Shown here piece after piece: positions 54,601-64,000 of a stretch of 64,000 nucleotides of DNA. The stretch is from NCBI GenBank assembly GCA_964016885.1, contig OZ024741.1, positions 57,784,001 through 57,848,000 of the forward strand. The letters are read 5' to 3'. The notes beneath the pieces are model-generated. The model searched no databases. It was given only the letters and a program-made list of their open reading frames with translations, and was not told the DNA's origin. Numbering within the stretch: the stretch's first letter is position 1; each line of letters starts with the position of its first letter. Source of the DNA: Eledone cirrhosa. Its lineage: Eukaryota. The position numbers were made by a program, and so were the translations under genes.

Positions 54601-55520
54601 GAAGTCCTTGTCGTCTGTTAGAGCAGTAGTGTGTATTAGGGACTCGTAAAACCTATCCTTAAGTTCGTCTGGCAGCCCCGATTGGGGTGCGTAAGCTGAT
54701 ATTATTGTGGTAATTGTCTTATTCAGGACTAGTCTGAGTTTAATGATTCTTGCATTTACCCTGTACACTGAGATTACTTTATCTACCCACTTGTCAGCTA
54801 ATAGTATACCTACACCACCCATCCCATCGTCATTTCCCACCCAGAAAAATTTGTAGCACTGGCTTTTTCCTACAAGGACTCTAGCAGACCCTCCTCTCCA
54901 TCTAGTCTCTTGCACACAGCATACATCAACTTCCTTTCGCTCTAGCATTTCTACGATTTCTCCTGCTCTTCCTTTCATTGAGCCTACATTGATGGTACCA
55001 ACTCGGAGTTTTGGGCATTTGTCGACACTCGTAGGGGAGCGTCTCTGGGTTGGCGCTTCACGTGGGTGCTTGGTAGCTCGCAGATTCATATTTCATCTAT
55101 TGATTCAGAGTTGCTCGTGTATTCCCAGCTCATCCATCCATAACGGTGGGAAATATGAGGGCTAGAAGAACAGTGGTGGTGGGGTAATGGCAGGGTGTGT
55201 TGGGATGCGCCAGAGGAGGAGAGAGTTAGTTAGGCAGGTAGTAGCAGCAGCAGTGGAAATGGCATGCTAGGTTTGATTGGTCGAATAGACTATGGTGGTG
55301 TGTGTGTGGGGGGGGGGGGGATTGTGAGGTAGGAACTGAGGGTCGCATGGTAAATAACTGAGAGAGATACAATAGGATTAGAATACCGCATGGTAAATAT
55401 CCAAGATAATACTACATCAGTAAAATTAACAATAATAACGTCATGAAAAACTACTAAGAGAAACCCTCGAAAATTTATCGCTAATACAGCAGGGAAAATT
55501 TAACGCTAATACAGCAGGGA
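51674..55520 (-). mobile_element. Full-length RTE-clade LINE (subfamily A), potentially active
   Basis: Single uninterrupted ORF, ~430-bp 5' leader, 3' UTR ending in a (GAT)n tail. Flanked by direct repeat ACATCAT (51667-51673 and 55521-55527), read as a target-site duplication. Confidence 0.93.
51970..55089 (-). CDS. RTE ORF: APE endonuclease + reverse transcriptase with internal PHD-like finger (1039 aa)
   Basis: APE motifs TINVGS, QETRW, YAPQ, GDFNGH, LDFIL, SQH. RT motifs QFGF, FVDLEKAFD, GVHQGSVLSPLLF, YADD, FCYLG. RTE C-terminal [12 protein letters not shown]. No stops. Confidence 0.95.
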   Translation of the reverse strand: MNLRATKHPREAPTQRRSPTSVDKCPKLRVGTINVGSMKGRAGEIVEMLERKEVDVCCVQETRWRGGSARVLVGKSQCYKFFWVGNDDGMGGVGILLADKWVDKVISVYRVNARIIKLRLVLNKTITTIISAYAPQSGLPDELKDRFYESLIHTTALTDDKDFLIIAGDFNGHVGKHCDGFNRVHGGHGVGTRNEEGFRLLEFCDANDMSICNTNFKKPDNHLITYRSGEHSSQLDFILIRGRDRWTVVNTKAFPSEECTSQHSLVVSDLTVRTRRALKQRPTCRRKIWKLKVPSTSNRFKDILLNAYDSKEEQIETFNVEENWEFLKNNLLEATDEVCGWSKTSSRRRVTWWWNNKVDEAVKAKRQAWKEWKNGGSRVHYIETKREARRKVYLARREAEDRKFKHVLQREDQKQEVFKIARQCVRDSCDVIGEKCIRNDKGELALTSAEKKDAWKSHYDRLLNEENAWEEETLPQVDPIEGPAVQVSGSVVSKAIRDMKIGKATGPSGIAAEMLKASGSVGHTITTRIVNQVILEGAIPKDWCSSIIVNCYKGKGDALDRGNYRGIKLMDQVMKVTERVIAQLIRDRVNIDEMQFGFVPGKGTTDALFLVRQLQEKYLAKSKPLYLAFVDLEKAFDRVPRAVIWWALRKLGVDEWLVKAVQAMYRGAVSKVRIGNEYSEEFSVQVGVHQGSVLSPLLFIIVLQAITEEFKTGCPWELLYADDLALIAESMVELENKFQTWKQGLERKGLKVNMTKTKVLISRRENRTQIPSGKWPCSVCRKGVGRNSILCPKCKQWVHKRCSGISGSLIKNVGFTCSSCAETASKQPQETSTTNLWEGPVETVDSFCYLGDRISNGGGCSESTITRVRTGWKKFRELLPLLAAKGFSLRMKGRLYDACIRTAMLHGSETWALKVEDLRRLERNEACMLRWMCNSNICERQSIKELRERLSIRGIKCCVQERRLRWYGHVMRMKDDSCIKRCRALEVDGNRGVGRPKMTWDEVIKADLTQLHLSKSMTHDCDFWRHAVIQGTRPPMGTC

Positions 55521-56048
55521 ACATCATAATATTAACAACAATATGTAGGCTAAAATACCTTCGTAGATTAGATGGATGGCTGGAAAAATTGGAATCAACT
55601 CTAGTGATACATTTTAGCAGAGAAGAATGGGAAAGTGTCTTATCTCTTCAATATTTTCAGATTGAATGAATTAGGTTAAAGACAGGGTAGTAAGCCTTAA
55701 AGAAGTGCATAGAGAGGGGGGTAGGAACTGAGGGTCGCATGGTAAATAACTGAGAGAGATACAATAGGATTAGAATACCGCATGGTAAATATCCAAGTTA
55801 ATACTACATCAGTAAAATTAACAATAATAACGTCATGAAAAACTACTAAGAGAAACCCTCGAAAATTTATCGCTAATACAGCAGGGAAAATTTAACGCTA
55901 ATACAGCAGGGAACATCATAATATTAACAACAATATGTAGGCTAAAATACCTTCGTAGATTAGATGGATGGCTGGAAAAATTGGAATCAACTCTAGTGAT
56001 ACATTTTAGCAGAGAAGAATGGGAAAGTGTCTTATCTCTTCAATATTT
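55329..56048. repeat. Near-identical 328-bp direct repeat, period 392 bp
   Basis: 55329-55656 vs 55721-56048; one mismatch seen (CCAAGATAAT/CCAAGTTAAT). Confidence 0.9.
55528..55656 (+). pseudogene. Spectrin-repeat-like remnant forming the RTE target flank (duplicated at 55920-56048)
   Basis: KYLRRLDGWLEKLESTL (L-x2-L-x2-W-L-x3-E); the frame joins GHLH*DDY at 51645-51668 when the LINE and one TSD copy are removed. Confidence 0.55.
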
Positions 56049-56610
56049 CAAATAAATAAACACAAGTAGACAGTGTTTGGTGAATGGATGGAAGCATATA
56101 AAAGTGAGAGCAGCTGGTAAGATTTATTAATGTAAACTAGAATTAAATGTCAACACAAAATTGTGGGCTCAAGAATGAAAATACTATGAATAGAAGGTTT
56201 TATTGAGGATAAGAATAAACAAAAGTAGATCCTATCCTGTTTATAAGATAGTTAACATCTATCTATTATATTATAGATATATAATTTGTGTAAAACGTAG
56301 GTCACACTGAAAAGGGGATAGTAAGAGTGTATGAGAGAAGGAGCAGTAGTGGTGGTCACATATTTATGGAAAGGAGATGGTAAGAGCATGTATATGTGTG
56401 TGAGGGAGGGGACAACAGCTATGATGTTTATGGTGGTAGTGGCAACAGCTCAATTTTTCTTTTAATCCTACACTGTAAAAAGTGTTTATGGAAAGGAGAT
56501 AGTAAGTGTGTTGTGTGTGTGTGTGTGTGTGTGTGTCTGTGTGTGTGAAAGATAGATAGAGAGATGGAAATAGAGAGAGATGGTGGTGGTGGTTTTAGCT
56601 ATATATATAT

Positions 56611-56741
56611 ATAGGAGTAAGTAAGACCCCGACGGCTGAGCTCAAGCCGTTTCGACGGCTAATTCTGTACTGAATCATTCAGTACAGAATTAGCCGTCGA
56701 AACGGCTTGAGCTCAGCCGTCGGGGTCTTACTTACTCCTAT
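56611..56741. repeat. Perfect 65-bp-arm palindrome with 1-nt spacer, Penelope-like end
   Basis: ATAGGAGTAAG...GTACTGAAT C ATTCAGTAC...CTTACTCCTAT; the right arm continues ~80 bp into (TA)n. Confidence 0.9.
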
Positions 56742-56817
56742 TACCCACTCTACTACCCTAAGTATTGAGTACTTTGGTGCGTTATGGTCCACCTGGTTCC
56801 TTACCACTTTTCCCTCG

Positions 56818-56851
<34 letters not shown>

Positions 56852-58707
56852 CTTATGAATAAAACATTTCAAATGTTTACTTTTTATAATGGTCAGAGAG
56901 AGATTTGGCTGCTATTTCTAGCATGTTGAATTCTTTGATTTCTTACAAAGGTTTAAGGCTTTAAATTCTATGAAGTTATAACTGATTAAAGAATAGCAAG
57001 CTAAGTCAATGTTGGTGTGATTTGAATAAAGAATGCAGTTACACAACTAAATACTGTAAAGTATAAAATATTAGCATGTACAAATCATTGAAAATATATG
57101 ATACATTTGATATGTTGATATAGGAATATGGTATGTTTCACAATGGCAAAGATGCTTCGTCTTCCTTGCCCACTTATTCTTGGGAGGGTCATGGGGGCAG
57201 AGCCCTCAAACTCTCCTTCTGGCAGGTCCTGTCAGAAGCAACCATCTCCAACTGAAGTTGGTTTTGCCTTTAAAATCTGACCAGCAATTCTTTCCTGAGA
57301 CATTCTAACCACATGCCCATAGTATCGGCAAAGATGCATTAGACATAAATTATAAACATATTCATCTCAGATTTTTGATTGTTTATATGTACATTCTGAG
57401 GATTTTTGCAAAGTGGTAGGATCAGAAGAGAAAACTCCTATCTAGGCATACTCAGGTGTCAAATAGAGGAACAACTCTGAGATATAAAAATTAGTAGCAG
57501 ATATGAAACTAAGCCATCCTGGAGCTAACATGAACTGCCCTATGGCAAGGCATAGTACTCATGGCAAAAGTGTTGTCAGCTGATCAATGTTGACACTCAT
57601 ATGATGCTTAAGAGAGGAACTCTTCTGGGTCAATGGCCAGGATCACTACTAACATCTAGAGACATGGTGATCATAGATGTTATTAAGCTATCAAAAGATA
57701 TGAAATAACTCAATTTGAATAAGCTCGATCAGATGATATGTACCTTTCTTTACAAGTGTGTATATGTGAGTGTGTGTGTGTGTGTGAACATGTGTGTGTA
57801 TGTGCATGAATGTGTGTGGTTAAACCTGTGTGAATGAAAATCTCAGGGAAACTATATTTGATTAAATCTTGTTAAATTCAAACATCAATTTGTGAAGGCA
57901 CATTGCTTAGTGGTTAGTGTGTTTGATTCACAACTCTAAGGTCATGAATTCAATTCCTGGCAATGCATTCTATCCTTGAACAAGGCTCTTTATTTCACAT
58001 TGCTGCAGACAACTCAGTTGCCAAAAATGAGTTATAGCTGAGTGGCATTGAATCTCCCTGAGAACTATGTTAAGGGGATATGTGACCTTGGAATGCTCAG
58101 CAACGTGCATATCAATTTCACAAGCAGGCAGTTCCTTTGGTCAAACAACTGGAAGACTCATCTTCAGAATAGATGGAGATCCAACACACACGTACAAGCA
58201 CATACGTATTAAGACACATACATTAATACACACACACACATACTCGCATACATCAGGCTGATAAGTTGAAATAAAATATATAACAAATTGACAAATTTTT
58301 ACATCTCTCTCGAGTCTTCCTGTTCAACTGATGTTATATAATTCAATTGTCATTCCATTAAAACTTCAGTCTCCACTGGGAACTTAGTTTTATTTTTTTG
58401 TTGGTTAACTTTATTCTACCAGTTTCGTTGATAGAGGATATCGTTTCTCAATAATCGCTTTTTTTCTCTTCTTCACATTTTTACCTTTTTCACATATTTT
58501 TACATATTTTTCATATTTCAAAGATTGTGTCTAACAGTATTTTTTTTCTCTCAATAATTCAATCGACATTGCTTTATCTTCCTTCTATGGAGGAGATAAG
58601 TTTCATAATTCTCACCTGCTTTTCTTCTTCCATAGCCAGAAGGCCATGGTTTCACTCTAGTTTCACTACAGTAATTTCATGATTTTTTCTTGTTCCATTA
58701 GTAATTG

Positions 58708-58761
<54 letters not shown>

Positions 58762-58857
58762 GCTACAGCATAGTTTATTTCATTCTTCATTCTTTTCTTT
58801 CCATCTCTACGATAATGAAAAAGTTACTTTTATTCATTATTATTATTAATATTATTA

Positions 58858-60022
58858 AGGGTGGTGGCTTGGCAGTATTGGTAAAACGTTGTTCAACAAG
58901 CTTTGCAGCATATAGTTACAGCCCTTTATGTTCTGAGTTCAAATCCTGCCAAGGTTAACTTTGCCTTTCATCCTTACAAGGTCGATAAAATAAAGTACCA
59001 GTAATGCACTGGTGATATTGCTGGCCTTGTGCCCAAAGTAGAAACAATTATCATTATTATTGTCTTTCATTCTTAAGGGATCAATAAAATAAAGTACCAG
59101 TAATGCACTGGGGTTGATTTAATTGACTCTCCCCTCTCCCAAAATTATTGGCTTTCTGTTTAAATCAGAAACCAGGATTGGCAGTATCGGTAGAGGGTTG
59201 GACACCATGCTTTCCAGCATAGAGTTACTTCCCTTTACGGCTTGAGTTCAAATCCCGCCAAGGTTAACTTTGCCTTTCATCCTTACAAGGTCGATAACAT
59301 AAAGTACCAGTAATGCACTGGGGAAATTGCTGGCCTTGTGCCAAAAGTAGAAACAATTATCATTATTATTAAGGGTAGTGGGTTGGTAGTATTGGTAGAG
59401 CATTGTTCAACATGTTTTGCAGAACATAGTTATGGCCCTTTATGTTCTGAGTTAAAATACTGTAGAGATTATCTTTGCCTTTCATTCTTATGGAGTCAAT
59501 AAAATAAAGTACCAGTAATTCACTGCAGTCGATTTAATTGACTTCACCATTCCCTTCAAATTGCTGCCCTTGTGCCAAAAGAAGAAACAGTTAATATTAT
59601 TATTATTATTAGGGCAGTGAATTGGCAGTATCGGTAGAGGGTCGGACACCATGCTTTCCAGCATAGTTACGTCCCTTTACGGTCTGAGTTCAAATCCCAT
59701 CGAGGTTAACTTTGCCTTTCATCCTTACGGGGTCAATAAAATAAAGTACCAGTAATGTACTGTGTAATTGCTGGCCTTGTGCCAAAAGTAGAAACAATTA
59801 TTATTATTGGGGATGGTGGATTAGCAGAATCAGACCATCAGACAAATGCTTAGCTCTTGTTCCAGTTCTTTACATTTGGAGTTTAAATCCAACCAAGGTC
59901 AAATTTGCTTTTCATCCTTCTGAAGAGGATAAAAAAAGTACCAGTCAAATACTGGGGTTGATATAATTGATTTTCCCTTTCCTCCACAATTGCTGACCTT
60001 GTGCCTTAATTAAAAACCATTA
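58858..60022 (+). mobile_element. Head-to-tail array (~6 full or partial units) of the second SINE family
   Basis: Same unit as 10165-11415. Solo copies at about 7905-8045, 24690-24840, 33170-33380, 43018-43210 and 48893-49105. Confidence 0.8.
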
Positions 60023-60291
60023 TTAGGAATATTATTAAATATGGTTTGCACAGTGAATATGATAATTGGTGGATCTTCCACTGTCTTAAGAAGGACCTTA
60101 ACCTTTAAAGTGCTGTCGGAGAAAAGTTGGAACAACTTAATACATAATGCAGTGTCAACGGAAACAATTCATAAAAAAAATTCAGCATGCTAAAGATTAA
60201 ACAGATAGTACTTTCCTCAGTATATGTGTAGTGTCCAACTGCGCAGTCTTTTATTGGAGAATAATTTGTGATCTGATGTCTATTTGCTTAA

Positions 60292-60503
60292 CCCTTTAGT
60301 ATTTACATTATTCCATATTTACTATTGTATTTTCATGGTTAACACTTTATTTCAAATAATATCAAATCTACGAGATTTTGATATTATTTATTTTGAGAAC
60401 GATACCTTAACATAAGTATGAGCAGCCAGTTATAGCCAGTTTGAACAGAAGAAAGAAGGTGGGAAAATTCTGGTTGGATATGGCCGGTTTAAATACTAAG
60501 GGG
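60292..60503. mobile_element. piggyBac-type MITE, same family as 406-626, opposite orientation
   Basis: TTAA-CCCTTTAGTATTTA...TAAATACTAAGGGG-TTAA; internal similarity to 406-626. Confidence 0.8.
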
Positions 60504-60624
60504 TTAAGCGTATTGAATTCAAAGCTCTGATGACAACTGGAATTATGTTGTTAAGTAGTATTGATCACATTATGTAATTTTGATCTTCAAGTAAGCATAT
60601 TTCGTTATTTTTTCATGGAACTTA

Positions 60625-61034
60625 AACTTACAGTCAGTAGGCATCAGTAGGCTCCTCTTGACCCAATATACCCCCCACTACCTACTCCATCCTCCCACTT
60701 CCCTCCACACCACCCTTTCTCTGTAAAGTTATGTTGGTACCACAGAACATCCAGTTCACATTGTAAAGTGGTTGTGTAGGTGTCACAACAAAAAGCCCCC
60801 AGTCCACACTGTAAAGTAGTCATGTAGGAGATATGGTAAAAAGATTCCCAGTCCATACTGTAAAGTGGTTGGCATTAGGAAGGGCATCCAGCTGTAGAAA
60901 ACCAGCCAGAGACAGTTCTATATGAGTGAGACATGGTCACCCGACCAATCTTGCCTGAAGTGGCATAAATCCGTCTAACCCATGCTAGCATGGAAGATGG
61001 ACGTCAAACGATGGTGATGATGATGATGATGATG
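60625..61034 (+). mobile_element. RTE subfamily B-like 3' UTR fragment
   Basis: Similar to 25950-26345; ends CCATGCTAGCATGG..GGACGT..(GAT)n. Confidence 0.75.
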
Positions 61035-63219
61035 TTTCCACTGCATCACTTAGTGCCCCTCTGTGTTATTGGGGTGTGAGCAGCCTTGTGGTTTTATATT
61101 TGTTGGGGTTTGTAGGAATATAGACTCCACCTCTTTGTGTACCTCTTCAGTCATGATTTGTTGTGGGGTTTAGCTTAGAGGTTCGTCTGTTATTTTTAGT
61201 GTTTGTTGTGTGGTGTGTGGTGTGTGGTGTGTGGTGTGTGGTGTGTGGTGTGTGGTGTGTGGTGTGTGGTGTGTGGTGTGTGGTGTGTGTAAGTTGAGCT
61301 GTGTTATTTTATTGGGTATTAATATTGTAGTCACTCTGGGACTTGTATTGTTTCATTTATTAGGTGCTTATTGTATTAGGTGTGTATTGTGTATGGGAAG
61401 ATAGTTTAATATGAGCTGGGCTATCATCCTCATCATCATCACCATAACTACCAAAGAAGATGTGTTAAATTATTTGTTGATGTTTCTGTAGAATAAATGA
61501 TAAAAAAAGACTTAGTGAACTTGTGAAAGTTAAATATATTTGTCCTAAAGTACTGCAGCATAGCACTCATAATATGATACAAAATGGCAACTTACCTTTT
61601 CTGAGATATCAATACCCTATCAATCAGCATCCAGTGGCTTACATCTAATTTTGTCAGTTCCCTATTATAGAGATATTTTTGGCAATATTCCGAATGAATC
61701 AAACAATTTAGTTTTAAAAGAAGATCATGTTTTATATCTTACCGACCAGCATTGTGTCTGTTTATTGAGTTTTACATGTCGGTTCATTAATTTTAGACAT
61801 ATGATTACTTCTTTTTTCAGAATCATTTGATGATGAAGAAATAGAGAAAAGCTACAAGTAAACTGTATTGAACTCGAAATGATTGAATATAATTTTTTTT
61901 TCATAATTTTCTCTCAAAAGGTCCCCAACCTATCATCTCTGATCTAAAACTTTGGTCTATTTTTATGCTGCCTTGTAGTAAAATTACTTCTTATTGAAAT
62001 CTGCGTGAATCCATTTGGCTATATTCTACTACAAATGTTAATATACTTCTATCCAAGTTACTTTCTAAAACAATTGAATATCCATGCTATCTAAATATAA
62101 ATAGTTCACCTTACACTTAGTCTAGCTTGCTATTAGCTTTGTAATTATTCAGATGATGGGAATAAATAAAATCCTTCCAGTCAGAAAATGAGTCATTAAA
62201 TATAATTTCCACAAACATTAGTTCGTTCACAAAATCTCGAATTTCAAGAGCAAATGCAATAAAATTGCTATGGGAAATAGACAGAACTTAGCAGTATAGT
62301 TTATATGAAGCATACATTGAAATTGGGTTTCTTACTAGACATGACTAACTGTCGATAAAATATCTATTAATGAAAATTATGATCTGAAAAGGCAACTATT
62401 TAATATTAAGAGGGTTATCCATTTTACAGTGTATTTATATTGATTACACTACAACTAACTATTCAGATGTATATAACATGTGCTTTAGTGGCTAGGGTGC
62501 TGAATTCATTGTATGATCATGAGTTCAATTCCCAAACTAATTCTGTCTACCCAAGTTTCCTCACAAGGCTTGGGTCAGCCTGAGGCTATAGTAAATGACA
62601 CTTGCTCCAGAAGCCACACAGTAGGATTGAACCTGGTACCTAATGATTGCAAAGCAAACCTCTTAACCATTTAGCCATATTGTGCCCATACTAAATGGTA
62701 GGTTTCTAGAATTATCGATATTTCAGATCAATCTATAAACTATGTCAGTGAATTTATCAATGAATATCTCAATAGGTTTTACAAGTGCTTTCTAACCAAT
62801 CTAATGAAGTTCACCTGCTTCTTGATATACTTTTCCTCCAGTTCATTTGCCATCGATTTCACTTGCTTAGAGAAACAGTTCATTGCTGCTTGTAGCAGTA
62901 TTCACAGCTGAATGATATATAATTCAATAAAATAACAATTAGAATACTTTTAATATTTCAATAATTTTCGATAGCTCTTATCGACTGATGTACTTTAAAC
63001 CTTGAGACATCACTTTGTCATGCTTTTCAGAATAACTTTCTTTGTTTACATCACTGATAAAGTATATTTTATAAGGAGAATATTGATTTTATTCATTCAT
63101 ATAAAATTTTTAAATATATTCTTTTTGACATTTCTCTAGCAAACTGTTTTATTATTAGGACCAACTTCTTTAGCCTTGTCATAGTGAAATACACAATCTT
63201 TACTGATCATATTTTCCAA

Positions 63220-63277
<58 letters not shown>

Positions 63278-63399
63278 CGTGTGTATGTGTGTATGTATGC
63301 ACACATATATATGTATACACACATATATGAACATATATCTACCTAATAACTTTAATTTATATTATAACCTGTCTTGTTGATTTTGTTCAATATGTATGT

Positions 63400-63718
63400 A
63401 TCATCATCATCATAATTTTACGTCCACTTTTCCCTGCTTGCAAGGGTGGGATGGAAACTGATTCTGGCTTGATTTCTACAGCTGAATACCCTTCCTAACA
63501 CCAACCTCATTTACAGTGAGTGCTGGGTGCTTTTTTTCCGTGGCGCCTACACAACCACTTTGCAGTGGAATTATATGGACCCCTCATTTCTACAGCTGAG
63601 TAAACTGGAGCAATGTGAAATAAAGTGTCTTGCTCAAGGAAACAACACATCACCCGGTCTGAGAATTGAACCTTTTGATTGCAAGGCCAATGCTCTAACC
63701 ACTAAGCCATGTGCCTCC
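63400..63718 (-). mobile_element. CORE-type SINE
   Basis: Same family, with small internal deletions. Confidence 0.85.
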
Positions 63719-63719
63719 A

Positions 63720-63786
<67 letters not shown>

Positions 63787-64000
63787 TGTATGTAATGTAT
63801 GTATGTATGTATGTATGTATGTATGTATGTATGTATGTATGTATGTATGTATGTATAACCATACATATAATGCCTAAAAGCTTAAATTTCCGACAGCAGT
63901 TTGCTAAAGAGATTTTTCTACAAACAATCACAGAAGCTAAATATGGTGAGGCTAAAAGACATTGAAAAACGAAATGACTTGTAACAGAATGGAGCTAAAA

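Noticed and set aside
52100-54649. Plus-strand ORFs antisense to the RTE (likewise at 13.7-14.9, 28-31 and 38.8-39.5 kb)
   Set aside because: They are shadow ORFs on the opposite strand of real coding sequence, with no recognisable motifs.

Overview
AT-rich, microsatellite-dense eukaryotic DNA with no intact host gene. The repeat content (tRNA-derived SINEs, RTE LINEs, Penelope-like elements, (TA)n/(CAT)n/(ATAC)n tracts) resembles a coleoid cephalopod, probably octopus; this is an inference. Mobile elements dominate. They include one apparently intact, full-length 3.85-kb RTE-type LINE (1039-aa APE+RT ORF with a PHD-type C4HC3 zinc finger inside the RT region, 7-bp TSD) plus truncated copies of two subfamilies, and a decayed BovB-like RTE with its non-autonomous derivatives. 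There is also a near-complete but disrupted 7.2-kb Helitron carrying a nested RTE, Penelope/GIY-YIG fragments with hammerhead-ribozyme motifs, R4- and CRE-type RLE retroelement fragments, two SINE families and several MITEs. The unique DNA between repeats translates, by eye, into many decayed exon-sized pieces with spectrin-repeat (nesprin/MSP-300-like) signatures lying on both strands, suggesting a giant, scrambled pseudogene. All identifications are from manual reading, without database searches.
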